NCBI GenBank assembly: GCA_965644295.1
Contig: CBFFRP010000146.1
Location: 1-64,000 of the forward strand
Source: Paraphysomonas bandaiensis
Taxonomy: Eukaryota > Protista > Chrysophyceae
Length of the DNA: 64,000 bases
Direction: 5' to 3'
Shown here: positions 24,193-38,171 of the stretch, piece by piece
Numbering within the stretch: the stretch's first letter is position 1
How the letters are laid out: each line of letters begins with the position of its first letter
Made by a program: the position numbers and the translations under genes
The notes under the pieces: model-generated
The model's input: the letters and a program-made list of their open reading frames with translations, nothing else
Databases searched by the model: none
Told to the model about the DNA's origin: nothing

Positions 24193-25490
24193 ATGTCTTG
24201 GAGGAGTGCTAAAACATCACCATCACCTGACGAAATCATTCATCAGTCATCTTTATCAACTGGTATAGGGAGTATGTGTAGCAGTAGCTCGTATTCCCCT
24301 ATTAACAAGAGGGTTAGCTCTGTCGGTATGGACCTTATCATACATACATATGACTATGACTCATATGACACCTCGCAGGCTCAGTGTGGACATTAGAAAT
24401 ATCTAATCTTAAAGAATGTGGATCTGTATTTGAAGTGAGCTCTCTACGTCAATATTACTATATATTGATCACATATCGACGTAGGTTGTGACTTGTCTGC
24501 GTCGGATTGAAGAGGTCCTCAATGACATCGACCCATTTGATATACTGAGGTACTGCAAGGCGGACTTCGAAGGAGCCCTCCGGGTGCTGCGGAATAATGG
24601 GCTTCCTATAACGGAAAAATTGTCGAAAAGTTTCATCGCGATGATGGTGAAATACTTCGATGAGGTGCTTAGTGACTTAATCCTGTCTACCGATGAGTAA
24701 TCTGTTGCAACAGTGTCGCCTCTGGGTTCTTCCCGAGATTATTCTTCAGGAAATATTTTTAATGCTTCCCGTCGATGAAATTGGTGTGATACCATCAGTT
24801 TGTTCGTACTGGAAGACACTGTACACATCTGATGTTGTATGGAAGGTACAATAGCGATATACAATGATTAACTCAAGTTAACTCCTCAATTTTGTGTAGA
24901 CTCAATATGCTTCTAAGTTCCTCCTTTCAAACCCAACTTCAGCCCCCTCCGAAGCGGTTAGCAGATTTGGTTATTGGTCCTTGTTCCGCGATCGCCTTGC
25001 GGACCCACACACCGGGGACGTGGTAGAGGTCGCTTGGAGAGGAAAATTCCGCCTAGAGGGACAAGATGTGTATCAAGGACTCGCCTGGTGGGTAGCTACC
25101 GTGGTGGATCATCGACCACCTTCACGGTACAAGATTCATTATCCTGGATGGGAGGAGCGCTGGGATGAGTGGGTGGATCGACGCAGACTACGCTGGGGGT
25201 CGCAAAAAGATCTCACCACCCGGCTGGGGGTAAACGATCCAATCGAGCTGTGGTGTTGTGGATTGAGTGTCCCTGGTGCGTGGCTGGAGTCAACTGTGAA
25301 GAAAGTTCGTCGCGGTCAGTACTGTGTATTGCGAGCGCAATCGTCCGGCTCTGTGTGGGTTACAAGAGATAGGATCAGACCACGACGACGTAAGAGAACT
25401 GGTTCGTCGAACGACAGTGTTACCGATATCGTTCCTCAAACTATATCTGGACAGATGTGTTTTCCCGGGGGAAGATGCTCTGTGATGTAA
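24193..25490 (+). CDS. F-box protein with Tudor-knot/chromo-barrel and Agenet-like domains and C-terminal CaaX (multi-exon)
   Basis: F-box LPEIILQEIFLMLPVDEIGVIPSVCSYWK; YKIHYPGWEERWDEWV; DPIELWCCGLSVPGAWLESTV; ends CSVM*. Confidence 0.8.
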
Positions 25491-26469
25491 ATAAAGAAGT
25501 GTCTGCCCCCCCAAATGCCATTAAGCGAAAGGTGCCTTGTTATATACTTCGTCCGTTAGCATGGGTAACTCTAGTTGTTATATTATGTATAATTGCGTGT
25601 GAGTTGATATATGACCAACATTTGTAGCAATATATGATATATAGATATATCTGTGCGTTTATATTTTTATTGACAAGTTATGTCTGACCATTTGAAATAT
25701 TGCATATAATATCAACCCATAATAATTCAAAGAGAATTACAGCAACTCACGAAATCAATATACCGTGCAGAAAGAATGGGATTAGTGTGGTACAAGGGAC
25801 ACTAATAAATGTCACTTGAGTAGACGTCTTTGGGCCTTGACGAATAAACAGGCATCCGGGAATGGGCTTACCTCAATGGCTAGCTCACCTTAAGGACAAA
25901 GAGCGTCGCACAAGCAGCCTCCGTAACGTCAAATAGTAGGATATTAGTATTAAGTAATAAGTACTAGATAGATTTAACACTTACATGCCTCTGGTTGTAT
26001 AAAAAAGTATAAAAAGATAAAATTACGCTGGCGATGTAAAATTACGTATGACATAATCGTGTATGAAATTACTATAACCCGTCTAGTCGGACGACTTAAC
26101 TTTTATTCAACGATCTAAGTGGTGAAATGAGCTAAGTCTAAAGTCTAAATATCAGTGGGTAATCCTTGTTTAACGATAGCTGATAGCGTAATGGGACTGG
26201 TGCTCATGTGATCTTAATGATTAGAAACAACTTACCCTCCTTTTGTGTAAAACTATTAAAGGAATACGCTATACTACTATATTCCAATATTACCGATAGG
26301 GCGAATATTATTTCAATACATGGCGTTATTCCCTAGCCCTGTTTTGTGCGATACACAAGCAAGGTTTTATATCCACAGCCCATAAAAAGTATGTATTAAC
26401 CCTAACCTGAGAGCAAAAATGTGGAAGAAACAAGAATATTATATTTATATTTTCATCCAAACCATATAA

Positions 26470-27637
26470 CTAATCTTCCAATTCATCATCACCAGTACTG
26501 TCGCCTCTTAAATAAGAAATATGGGGGGTAGGGCTGGCCGACTTTCCTCGCCACGTCTCATACATAGCCACCAGTGCAGCAGCTGCACCGAAAAGACCTA
26601 CATAAGTGTCTGATAGACGAAATCTCTTTCCAAGTACAGTCTCCCAAACCCGAGCATAATTCCCAGAAACAAGGGTATTCAGAGCATACTACGGACAGTT
26701 GTTTTAGCAGGTCAATAAAACACATCTCGTACGAGTTTCCACACTACAACAGCACGACAAACGGTACACACAGCTACTACACTTATCTCACCTTAAGGAA
26801 CTCAAGATTAAATTGGGTCTGCATGCTTTCTAGCTTCTCCAGATGAGACTCCAGGTAGTCAAGACTGAAGGTAGTCGGCACGGGGTTGTTAAGGGCACGG
26901 TATATGTGTTGCGCATTTTTCGCCTAATAAATACTCAGATATGGTCGGTACCGTTGATATAAAATGCACTGTACCTGACAACTTTCTGTGGACGAGCTTT
27001 CTTGTTGTTGATGAGCCTGGAGCCGCGCGATTCTCCATTTCACGCTCGCAATCATAATCAGATGATGTTTATATTTTAACACCAGTGAAGCTAGTCCAGA
27101 CAATTCAGCGAGGAACCAAGTAATATCACATCTTGACTCGCAGTGACTAGTACTAATACTTGGTACTAGCCCCGAAGATTTGAGTAATAACTTGTTATCG
27201 TAGTAATAAAAGGCAATCTATAGGAATGGTAAGAGATGCATCATATAACAATACATATATTACGTAGAACAATTCTTCCAACATTTTAAGAATCAAAACA
27301 GATGGCTCTTGATCACTAGTATCAATATCAAAATTCATTATTCTCATGAGAGCAGAGACGCTATTGAGTGATTTAAGTATCCTGAAAGCCTTTCGTGACA
27401 TGCGTGCAATATCTCCACTTCTTCGTAGTGCTGTAAGTGATTCTTCAGATAGAGATGTTCCATAGAAGTCTAATAGCATCTTAGTGCCATACTGTACGAC
27501 CTGTGTATATGTTATTACTGATATGTCCCATATGTGTGTATGTATGTGTGTATGACCTTCATGCTCTTGTCACGGAACCCTACATCAGTTGAAACCCTTG
27601 TCCATGATGAGAAACTAGATGATCTGCTTGAATCCAT
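26470..27637 (-). CDS. PEX11: Peroxisomal biogenesis factor 11 family protein (multi-exon)
   Basis: GFRDKSMK|VVQYGTK, SRKAFRILKSL, FYYYDNKLLL, C-terminal VGLFGAAAALVAMYETW. Confidence 0.75.
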
Positions 27638-28119
27638 ATGTAGGTGGAGTGGAGTGGAGGTTATTATTGTAAGAGTGGTTGAATAGATATTGAAATCAAT
27701 GCCTGTATATGGCAGTGTTGCTCTATATGCATAGCACACTGATGTACCAGACGCCATGTGATGATGCATATGTACTCATACATTCACTCCTGCTGTACAC
27801 TATAGATATATATACATATATAGTCATACCACATAGCGTACCTGCCTATTAATCGTACCTACCTGTACAGTACATACTGAATGTATTCTAGACTTTCGAA
27901 AAGCTGGGATTTTCACACCTTTCTGGATGTAAAAATTGGGAATTTCTACTGAAAACCTGTCATTCTCCTGTGTATATGTACTATTACGGTTACTGTATAT
28001 GGAACTGGAGATGAGCTGGAGCTGCATGGAAGTCATACATATCATTGTCATCCTTATTCCATTACTATTCATATATAATCAAAGCCATTTGAGTATCTGG
28101 AGCAGTATCTGGTCAGCAG

Positions 28120-30733
28120 ATGTCTCGGTCTAATGCTCAAGTGGCCCGCAATTTACGCGAAAGTAAGCTCTATAATATATATATCTTCCAATGTGTTAAC
28201 TATGAAACTATCGTTGCATAGACGAGTCAATGCGTACAAGGAAAGCTATACTTAAGGCTGGAGGTAATACTCTATTGACTATACGAATAGATCTCGTCAG
28301 GAATGTCTATAGGGTCGGCGAGAGGACAGGCGGCCGCTGCACTGGAAGCTGCTCGAGCAGATGAGGCTATACTGAAGGTATGTAGAAGATATGAGCACAT
28401 ACGTACATATATATACGTACATATACATATTGTATTCAACTGTATTGTATTAGAAAGTCAGCGACCTGAAAAATTTTACGAAGAAAAGTAAAGCAAATAA
28501 GAAACAGATGTCTGATAAGGTTGGCGTTATTCTTTTTCTTTGTTTGTGTGATCAGTACATAGAGTGAATGGATGCAGGGCGAGATGTATCTACGCAATCA
28601 GGCATCAGTAAGTTTGGAGTCTTAGAGAGTTTTTGTCACATGATGATTTCATTCTTTTTCAGCGTGTGGAATCCGATATGGCATCTCTGCTACAGAAAAT
28701 AGTCGTGAGTGCGTTGACTTGTGGAGGTGGTCCTAGGCAGGGCGGACAAGATATACACATAGCCTCACTTGGACAGCACGTAGAGCAGTACGAATCTGAG
28801 CGAGCCAACAGAGAAGAAAACCAAAAGATTCTAATGGTTCAACTGCAAGAGATAAAGAGCATGCTCCAGCGCACTAAAAATGCAGTCAGTGCTGCGGCCA
28901 GGGGTCCTACAGGTGTGTTCATTAGAGTTTTGTGATGAGTATGAATCACATGGATGAATTAGATGATGCAACGATGAGTGCAGCGGAGGAAAAACGCAAT
29001 GTGGCTGTTGCAGTGTTTGCAGATGTACTCATCAAGGTATGATTACTTTCCCATATTTGTGTGTAATGTACGTGCATATCAGGTAAAAGATAGTCATGCA
29101 GAGTCCGGAAAGGCTCTGGCTGAGGAGGCTAAAAGGCTACAGACGGAGGTAGACGCCTCTGTTTCGCATTTGTGCGAACTGCAGGCCGAGTACCGTCAAC
29201 TCAGGCACAGCTCCAGAGTGGCTGAAGAGCTACAGGCGAAGGATACAGATACGGTATGTAGATCGTCAACGTGAAAGTGTGTGTTACAATTTTGTAGGCA
29301 ACGGTTTTAGCCCTATTGGATGAGTGGCGTCAAAAGGTTAGATATTTTCATTCTATATCCCGTGTGTGATTTATACGAATTATTCCCAGCTATATAGCTG
29401 CGATGACGAGTTACACACCGCTCTTGAGGTGATCGCACAGGATCGTGAGCTTATACACAGTCAGTACTGTAATAAGGTGTGTATTTCTGTAACCATTGTG
29501 GGAGTAAAATCTTTGTAGTGTGAAGTGGACCCATCAAAGCCTTATGGAAGTTGGTCCGAAGAGGACCACAATATCTTCGTGAAGGTTTGTATGTAATGTT
29601 TGTGCATTTTATACCTGGTTTATTCCATCGACAGGAAATCAAAAGGTCCCAAACACAGGGTCTACAGCGACACAAGCTATCTGCAGCATTGGCATCACAA
29701 CTTCCGCATATGTCTCATGCGCAGATTTCTTCACATGAGGATTGGTATCGCTCGATGCGGTCTTTACAAGACCGTAGACGAGCTGCAACTCAAGCACACG
29801 AAACGAATCGGGAGGAACTGCTGCGACAGGCACGAGAGAGTCTTCAAAATGCACGAGAAAAGGCGGAGGAGGAAGAGCGGATAATGAGAGAAAGGGAGCG
29901 ACATGAGAAAGCGAGGTAGTGTTTGTTTGGTCATACCTGGCGTGGATATTTTATGTACGAGTGGCAGGGCGGAACTACACCTAGCGCTTAATATACAACG
30001 TGCCGAGCGTGTTAAAGAAATGGAGTCTCGCCTTGCTGAAATTGAACAGCTCCGCATGCAGGTTAGTCATTGATGCAATGTCTTTTATATTTTGAATTTC
30101 TGTTGTTGAATAGGCAGATGAGGAAAACAGGAAAGAGGAAGAGCGGCGAGCTGAAGAGGTGCGCCAAAAGAAGGCTTTGGTGGAAAAGTTCCGAGCAGAT
30201 AGGGAAGCATTTGAGGCGGCTCAGCGTCGGCAAGCTGAAGAAGCGGCAGCAGCAGAAGCTGCTGAGAAAAAGAGACGTGTGGAGGAAGCTAGGCCTCACG
30301 TTGAGCAACGAGAGGCACTCCGACTGAAAAAGATAGAGGAGCAAAGACGGAAGGAGAAAAAACATTTAGAAGAGGAGGCCAGGCGTCTGGATATCCTGAA
30401 CAAACTGGCCGAGCAGGTATGCTGCTTTGCCTAAAACATGTATATTGTAGTGGTTTCTTATAGTTTATTGAATAGGTACCATACTGGGATGCGTTGCAGG
30501 CAGCAGAATCAAAGTTAGACCATGTCACGGCTGCTGTCGAGGCACAGAAGTATCAAAAACCTGAAGAAGTATCGAGGGGACATCTCTCGATGAACGGTTT
30601 TACTGACCAGAAACTGTTTAAGGATGCCAGATTTAGACTTGGACTAGCGCTTAGAGAAGCTGGGGTGCATCAGTCTGCTGCCGCAGCGGCTGTAATCAGT
30701 AGCTTGCATCCGAGACAACAAGCACCTTGGTAG
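28120..30733 (+). CDS. CCDC148: Coiled-coil protein, CCDC148-like (many exons)
   Basis: Long E/R/K-rich coiled coil; HEDWY; C-terminus NGFTDQKLFKDARFRLGLALREAGVHQS resembles the CCDC148 tail (DPRLRFELALREAGLH). Confidence 0.7.
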
Positions 30734-31448
30734 AATGGGGTTTTGTTACCAAATCATATTACATATTTGCATGTATTGTATATATACTCGCCAGCTTTTT
30801 AATTGTAGAGTAAATAACATATTCCGTACGTACAAATCTACGACTTTGGCATATCATACATAAACGTCAATGTATCTTATACCACATCCTGCTGCTGGTG
30901 ATTTCATATATTTCAATTCTCACTTTATACACATTGTGTCTCTCTATATCTATACACGGATATCGCGGTAAGCGTAGAAGTAGGAAGAACTGGAGTTTCA
31001 GCAGGCGGATTTGGTGGAGATGGTGAAGTAGGTTTAATTTTCCTTAGCTTCTAGGCATACCTCTAGTTGCTTGAGCACGTACTGTACCCAGGAAGGGGGC
31101 ACTGGAAGCACTAGCAACAACGGTGTTCTGCTTATCCTCAACAACTTGTTCATCGACAACAGTTTGTATAGCTCAGGCAACACTTCATATTACTTGACCA
31201 CAACCTCATGGTAGAAGGAAGCACACAAGAAAATACTTATTGACATATATATAGTTTTATTTTTCCTAACAATGAGAAACGGTATATTCATCTGGAGTGG
31301 TAAGACGTCAAGACAATTGATTTCTAACATGTAAGGGTTTTACATTGATTATGACACTCTGATATAAGAAATACTTAACTTAAGGATAAATTTTCATATA
31401 TTACATGAGTTTAATGGAAATAAATAAAATTCCTGTCGATACATACGC

Positions 31449-32256
31449 CTACGATGTAATATCCTGGAACTCTTGTAATATAATATGCTTCAATTGGTTC
31501 TGCTGAGGACGACCAGTCTTCTTACTCACTCCATCAAGAAGAAAATCATTTAAGGAGTGATCACCCTCTGTATATATAAGTGCGCATTAAACCACAGCTA
31601 ACTCATGAATTAGCAAAAACAACCTTCCACTTCTATTAGTTTTGCCCCAATGGCTGCGCACAACTCTCTTGAATCCTCTATGGAGATAATGTCATCTAAA
31701 GCCCCGTGGACGACAACAATTCGTGGTTGTATATCGTATGATGCCATTTGATCATTGAAACTTTGATACCACTTACTCATCATCTGGTCGCTTTGTGCGT
31801 TTGGTGTGGGACCCACAAGTACTCTTTTCAATGCTGGAGCGAGTAACAGAAGCCTACTATTGGGAAATAGGCCACGCCGAAATGACTCGAGTGATATTGC
31901 ACCACCCATTGATGACCCCACAACCAGATCAGTGGGAGCGAAATCTTTCAATATATTCATACCTGTATATATACATATATATATATCAGTGCAGAGGAAC
32001 AGAGGAGCATAGACATACATGATGATAAGATATACCGCCCCACCGTCTCATAGTAATGTCCAGATAACAAAGCTGGAATGTTTACTATATATGACACGAG
32101 GAAACTGTTACGGTTCCAGTTCAATCCACCTGTATGTAATACCGGACACTTAACGGACTTGAAATGCCTCTGTAAGTATAGTGCTTTACTTCCTTTAACC
32201 CCTGATTCTAAACCATGGATGAATAAGACACTCGGGGTAAGTATATTGTGTGACAT
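31449..32256 (-). CDS. Alpha/beta hydrolase, YqiA/UPF0227-like esterase (3 exons)
   Basis: FIHGLESGVKGSKA, nucleophile GSSMGG, VHGALDD, GDH triad His. Confidence 0.85.
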
Positions 32257-32461
32257 TGTGATGTAGTGAGTAGAGTGTGTGTATATGGTGGATGAAGATG
32301 CTTCTTAAAGCTGTTTCCTATATACAGTATATACATATCTGGATATCCGGATATTGTGGTATATATAGTTCAAAATCGGTATATTTTCAAGTAAAATTGC
32401 GTTAGTACAAGCAAATATAGCAGTACAATATTTATGTCCCGGTGTGTGTAGGGTACAAAGC

Positions 32462-32560
32462 TACAGTCTACAGTACTTCTGTACAGTGGTGTAGTTCACA
32501 TGTAATCCATACAGTCTACAGTACTTCTGTACATACTAGATGTGTTCACATGTAATGCAT
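32462..32560. repeat. Tandem duplication of a ~49-bp unit in a divergent promoter
   Basis: tacagtctacagtacttctgtaca...ttcacatgtaat occurs twice. Confidence 0.8.
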
Positions 32561-32684
32561 ATATATATATATTCATATCACTCACCACACATACTCTATC
32601 CCTCTTGTAGCTATCACATTACTACTGCAGTCCAACCTGGAGTATATCTACATACATCCTCCTCAATATATATACCATACCCCC

Positions 32685-33086
32685 ATGACAACTACATCTT
32701 CATCTACATCTGCCTCTAGTAAAATCCACTCTGATCTGCTGGTCATATATGAGGCAGAGAGAACAAAGACGAAACAGTTAGAAGAAGAATGTACAGTTTT
32801 AATGAATTTAATTCTAAGAAAACATTATAAAAATTTATCTGAAGCACAGCACTGTAGTCAAATTCGGAGAAAGAATATGTGTGTATTATACTATCATTAC
32901 ACTGACTCTTATATAATGCTATGCTGTAGTCCCACTGGATCTGCCAAGAAAAATAAAATTGCTGCTAGTGAAAAAGGAACTAGTGCGCCAACAGGGACGA
33001 CCACAACACCACCTGATGCAACGGAGGCGGAGGAGCCTGCAGCGAAAAAACCAAAGTTGGACACAGACGCAAAAGTTGAATCATAA
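32685..33086 (+). CDS. Small hypothetical coiled-coil protein with basic/NLS-like tail (probable in-frame 51-nt intron 32879-32929)
   Basis: Open ORF, helical N-half, PAAKKPKLD NLS-like motif; GTGTGT...TGTAG intron. Confidence 0.55.
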   Translation: MTTTSSSTSASSKIHSDLLVIYEAERTKTKQLEEECTVLMNLILRKHYKNLSEAQHCSQIRRKNMCVLYYHYTDSYIMLCCSPTGSAKKNKIAASEKGTSAPTGTTTTPPDATEAEEPAAKKPKLDTDAKVES

Positions 33087-33417
33087 AGAGTATCTCATGT
33101 CCACGTATTGAGTGATTGTAATGAACATTATTCTGTTTGTGCTCGTATACGCAATATTGAAAGTGTATCTTATTTAGTTCGTATTTTACTGTGTTAATAA
33201 GTAGAAATAATTACTCTGTGAAGAAAATATATACCTTGTGTGAACTGTGTGATTTGCTGTTCGATTCGGACATACTGTTGCAGTGGGTATAGTAGCTCAG
33301 TTGAAGAGATGTAAAATATACAGAAACAAATGTATTAGTACACAGTTGTACTTTATCCAATCTATGTTTAGGTTAACCGCATACAATAAGAAGAATATAA
33401 TTACAACAAGACTACTT

Positions 33418-34560
33418 TTATGTATTTCGGGATGTCATATCTACCAGTAGACTCTTGACCATTTCATAAGCTCCGAAGAAAAAAAAACCACCGATGCTAA
33501 TCCACATAACACGCGGTTGCACCCCTGCAAAGAGCACACGGATTCCACCTTCTTCATATAAACTACGCAAACCAGCCACAGTTCCTACCCTATATCGACT
33601 GTCCTGAGAAAAAAGAAAGTTAAAGAATAGAATAGACTCATTTCTAGGTAACAACAATACCTTAGCATCGCTCAACATGAGACGAGTTTTTAATACATCT
33701 AATGGGGTTGTGACGGCTGCTGAAAATGCTCCAGCAAATGATCCGCAGAGTGCTGCCTCATATGATAGTGGGGGTGTCCCTCTCCAATCCTCTATACCCA
33801 CCTGTTACACAAATGACTCGATCATAAATATACCCCCAGGCACTACCTTCAGTCGCTCGTAAATTGGAAATTGGATAAAAGAAAACGGAATCTAAGCATA
33901 AATATTGTGAAGCTAAAGCTGTAATCATTCGCGACATACCTCACGAATAAGTGTTGCTCCAAATCCTCTGTAGAACCCACCCACCCCTTCTGAGGACAAT
34001 ACATCCAGTACCGCGCCTTGTAAGGAGGACTGGAGCCCTGCTTGCATGCGCTGCTTTACAATTTCGGTAGGAACACGTACTGTGCACGCCATCTGGTAAA
34101 ATGTTAAAGCCGGTTACACCCTTGTACAAACACGAACCAATTCGCCAAAGGACGCCGCTGTCATATGAATTGCAGAGCTCGGTATTCCCATATCCCACGA
34201 GCTCAACACAGACTTCGCGGTATCATACGAAGAAAAGAATAAGCCAGCTATGTTTCAGAAATGTTATTCACTGAACATTGCTTTTTTGGCACATACCTCC
34301 AGGGACTGAGCCCATGGCAACAGCTCCAATTCCACTATATATTCCTCTGAATCCGCCATTTTTAAAGAAACCTCCATGAGCTTGCATTCTTGTTTTAATA
34401 GTATCCAGAGGATACAAAACAAGATCAACTGTGAATCCTGCCGCTCCTCCACTCTGAGTGCAGTGGTTACATCCACTGAATACACGAACACAATCATACC
34501 ATCACATACCATTAAAGATATCCAAAACGGGATCGTTTGTTGCTTCTTGTTACACTCCAT
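33418..34560 (-). CDS. SLC25A26: Mitochondrial S-adenosylmethionine carrier (multi-exon)
   Basis: Three carrier signatures [33 protein letters not shown]; [14 protein letters not shown]; [18 protein letters not shown]. Confidence 0.9.
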
Positions 34561-35699
34561 AATGATGAAGTAAATGAGTTATAACAACTCTGATAATGTG
34601 ATATAAATTGATGTCTCTCTGCAGGTAATATGAGGTCCAATCCACCATACATAACAACCACATATATGCATACTCTACCTTTAAATGAACACTCCAACAA
34701 TCATGTGATAGATCTTCACCACACACAGCACAGGACAGTAATAATCCGTTGATTATATGGCCTCTATCTTGAGCAAAGGTGATATATATGCACAGGTGAT
34801 TCAGTCCTCTGCGTGTCCACCTGTTGTCTCCTATACATACATATGCATGTATCATACTGCTGTATATTTCTGGTTGGGTTTTGAGGGCTGTAAAAAATAG
34901 AGGATTTTACTAGAAAAAATAGAGGGTTTCCCTTAAATTTCCTAAAAAAATGTCTCTCTTTGAGAGGTTTTTATATATGAATATTGTAGTTGAGGACCTG
35001 CATCGGCCTGTTATGATATCACTTAAACAAGCAGCCTAACTGTGTGATGATATCAAGAGGGACAGTCATATAGTCAGTAGATTATCCAGTTTCATAATCG
35101 ATACCGTGAATTAAGAAACCAAAATATGCTCTTAATTTCTTATCAAAACTGAGAATGAAACTCGATGTATATACCTATATGGTCACTTGCATATTATCGT
35201 ATAGAACACTGCTACGATGAGATATATTGAGATATGTAGTCGTAGTGGGACTAAACTAAGCGAACGGGCTCTTTGGAGGTGTCATTTTTACGTTGGATGT
35301 GATTTTAAAATGAGTGAATGATGTGAAATGTCATCGTATATCTCAACTTACTATCCACTATATATATATATATATGGTGATATTTCCATTCCAAATCATG
35401 AAAAGCCAGTCTGGGTGATCTGGATCGACTATAACTGCTTCTGATATATCTATCACAGATATATAGTGTTATCTAGAGTTTTATAGCAAGAACAAACAAT
35501 GGAGGGCATTACTTTCTGTGCTGTACAACGTGGTGGGCATTACTTAATCAGACCTTATAATAGTTCCCTAAGCAACCCTGGTATCTACTTATTAGCAATA
35601 ACATTACATTATGCCATTACATCATGTGCTAGCTGTGCTAGGTTCTATTGGCTTTTGAATATTGTACTTGTTTAGATCGTGAAAGGAAAGTAATGTCGT

Positions 35700-35838
35700 T
35701 ATTAGAATATGGATTATATTCTAGTATATTCAGTGCGTCACTTGAAGACAATGTATGAGAATACAGTGAAGTATGGTGATGTACCAATGCTGTTATGATA
35801 TGAGAAACTGAAATAATTTGATCTTTCAAGAAATGTTT
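35700..35838 (+). mobile_element. Truncated, diverged LTR fragment of the copia family
   Basis: tattagaatatggattatattctagtatattcagtg...gaagacaatgtatgagaatacagtgaagtatggtgatgt aligns with the first ~140 bp of the LTR at 6572. Confidence 0.9.
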
Positions 35839-36445
35839 CGGCACTTGTTTTCACGAGGCGAACAGAACAAAATCGGAGAATGGGTCGTTAGAGATAAAGC
35901 CAAAGGAAACATCTAAGAAATACGTGGTGCTACTCCGAGAACTTCAAGCATTCAGACTCTGATAACTCAAAGCTAGAATATGCTTGTTGACTTATCTGTT
36001 GATGTCTGCCGAAAAGTGATGTGTGCTCCATGATTCATAATTAACATTATACATACATCTCAATCCGTCATAAAGGTATTATACATATTAGCTACTAGTT
36101 CTGTTTCCATATTATAATACGATGCCTTTAGTACAATGTTTACCATAGTACCTATACACGCCAGAGAAACTGACGCTCGCAGTTTGAATCGGTGTGCCCT
36201 TAATGAGTAGATTAATTTAGCCACCAATAAATTTTACGGCAATTCAGGATAATATGCATGAGTAACATTGTCAGTTGTCTTCTTATGTACAAATTTATAC
36301 AAAATATATTCGCTCATATAATCTGAATATCTTTCGTCACATAAAGCACATCACATATACAACTAAATAGAGAATCGTATCGTTGGTTCGCCAAAATCAG
36401 AGTGCGGCAATGTTACACAGAAAGGATATCACGTCAAAATCTATT

Positions 36446-37561
36446 TTACCGTCTCATTGCTGAATAGTTTAGAGCGACTAGCTGTGCTTTGAATATATTC
36501 ACAGCTTCATTGTATATTCGAATATCAGGGTCAATCCACCGCATAACGTCTGGAAGGCACTTCTCAAGGTCGCGAGGAATTCGTACTCGAGTATGACCAA
36601 TGCTGCTAGTAAAAACGGAATTGTTATCAGCACTCTCCGACATAGGATGAGCAGCTGCATTCTGTTTAAGAGTTTGCCCAGAGAGGAATACTTTGCAACC
36701 TGTGAATGCATATAAAACTCTCAAAGTATCTTGCCAATGCTCCAGGATTCCAATAGCACCAAAAGACATCTTTAATGATTCAATTACTCTTTTGAGATGA
36801 AGTCGCCCCTGCTTGGTAGACGGATCGTTCAAATGATAATGTGCTAGCATCAATTTATTTGTGTATACCACAGATCGATATAGAGCGCCACTAGTACTCT
36901 GCCGGATTCTATAACGAGTCCGATTAAAGAGCGGGCAGGATGGACACCAATGTCGGCCGTACTCATGGATGACGCGTGGGTCCACGCTGAATGGTACAGT
37001 AAGAAATTTGTCAAACTGATAACTTCCCCACATTTTAGCAAAATCACAAATTTTACCGATGGGCTCATTATATGCACACAAGGGGTCGTTTTTTCCTTTG
37101 TCTTTGCAGTAGTTATATGCGCTAATAAGACGTGACAGAGGCTCCCGAAAGACAGTAAAATACTCTGGCTCACAGTTACGACACCATGGGAAATCATCTG
37201 ATGCCCTTATAAGCCCACTAGCACGACAGTCGCATTCGCCATCCCGTTGAAGTATATGGGCGTTATATGCACGAGAGTATTGTGTAGGATTATCCTTTTG
37301 AACCATACGAAGCAGATGATGAACTGTCTGAGAGCCACTCTTCTGTTGTCCAACATAAAAGATTGAACGAAAACATTTCTCACGACGAGATATATTCTGA
37401 ATTATAAATAAATTAGGATGTCGCTTATGATGAAGAGGGAGCTCAAGAGCTGGATGTGTAGAACGATAATTAATAGACGCAATGTGATGAACTAACAAAT
37501 ATAATGCAACTAGAAGAGAAAACAGCCACAAATATCGCTTGACTTCAATGAAGTCATTCAT
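36446..37561 (-). CDS. Intronless type II membrane sulfotransferase (Sulfotransfer_2 / Gal-3-O-ST-like)
   Basis: N-terminal TM; YVGQQKSGSQTV (5'-PSB); YFTVFREPLSRLISAYNY (3'-PB); GILEHWQDTL; DIRIYNEA. Confidence 0.85.
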   Translation of the reverse strand: MNDFIEVKRYLWLFSLLVALYLLVHHIASINYRSTHPALELPLHHKRHPNLFIIQNISRREKCFRSIFYVGQQKSGSQTVHHLLRMVQKDNPTQYSRAYNAHILQRDGECDCRASGLIRASDDFPWCRNCEPEYFTVFREPLSRLISAYNYCKDKGKNDPLCAYNEPIGKICDFAKMWGSYQFDKFLTVPFSVDPRVIHEYGRHWCPSCPLFNRTRYRIRQSTSGALYRSVVYTNKLMLAHYHLNDPSTKQGRLHLKRVIESLKMSFGAIGILEHWQDTLRVLYAFTGCKVFLSGQTLKQNAAAHPMSESADNNSVFTSSIGHTRVRIPRDLEKCLPDVMRWIDPDIRIYNEAVNIFKAQLVALNYSAMRR

Positions 37562-37603
37562 TGTACTATTGCTATACCATGATATCTACTTAAGGGTGTA
37601 CTT

Positions 37604-37649
37604 CATACATACATACATACATACATACATACATACATACATACATACA

Positions 37650-37681
<32 letters not shown>

Positions 37682-38139
37682 CATACATACATACATACAT
37701 ACATACATACATACATACATACATACATACATACATACATACATACATACATACATACATACATACATACATACATACATACATACATACATACATACAT
37801 ACATACATACATACATACATACATACATACATACATACATACATACATACATACATACATACATACATACATACATACATACATACATACATACATACAT
37901 ACATACATACATACATACATACATACATACATACATACATACATACATACATACATACATACATACATACATACATACATACATACATACATACATACAT
38001 ACATACATACATACATACATACATACATACATACATACATACATACATACATACATACATACATACATACATACATACATACATACATACATACATACAT
38101 ACATACATACATACATACATACATACATACATACATACA

Positions 38140-38171
<32 letters not shown>

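Noticed and set aside
33250-33310. GTTCGATTC followed by TAGCTCAGTTGAAGAG, suggesting a permuted tRNA
   Set aside because: T-stem and acceptor stem pair poorly and there is no anticodon arm; likely chance in a 3' UTR region.
35044-35152. Box C (GTGATGA) ... box D (CTGA) snoRNA candidate
   Set aside because: No terminal stem and no recognisable rRNA-complementary guide.
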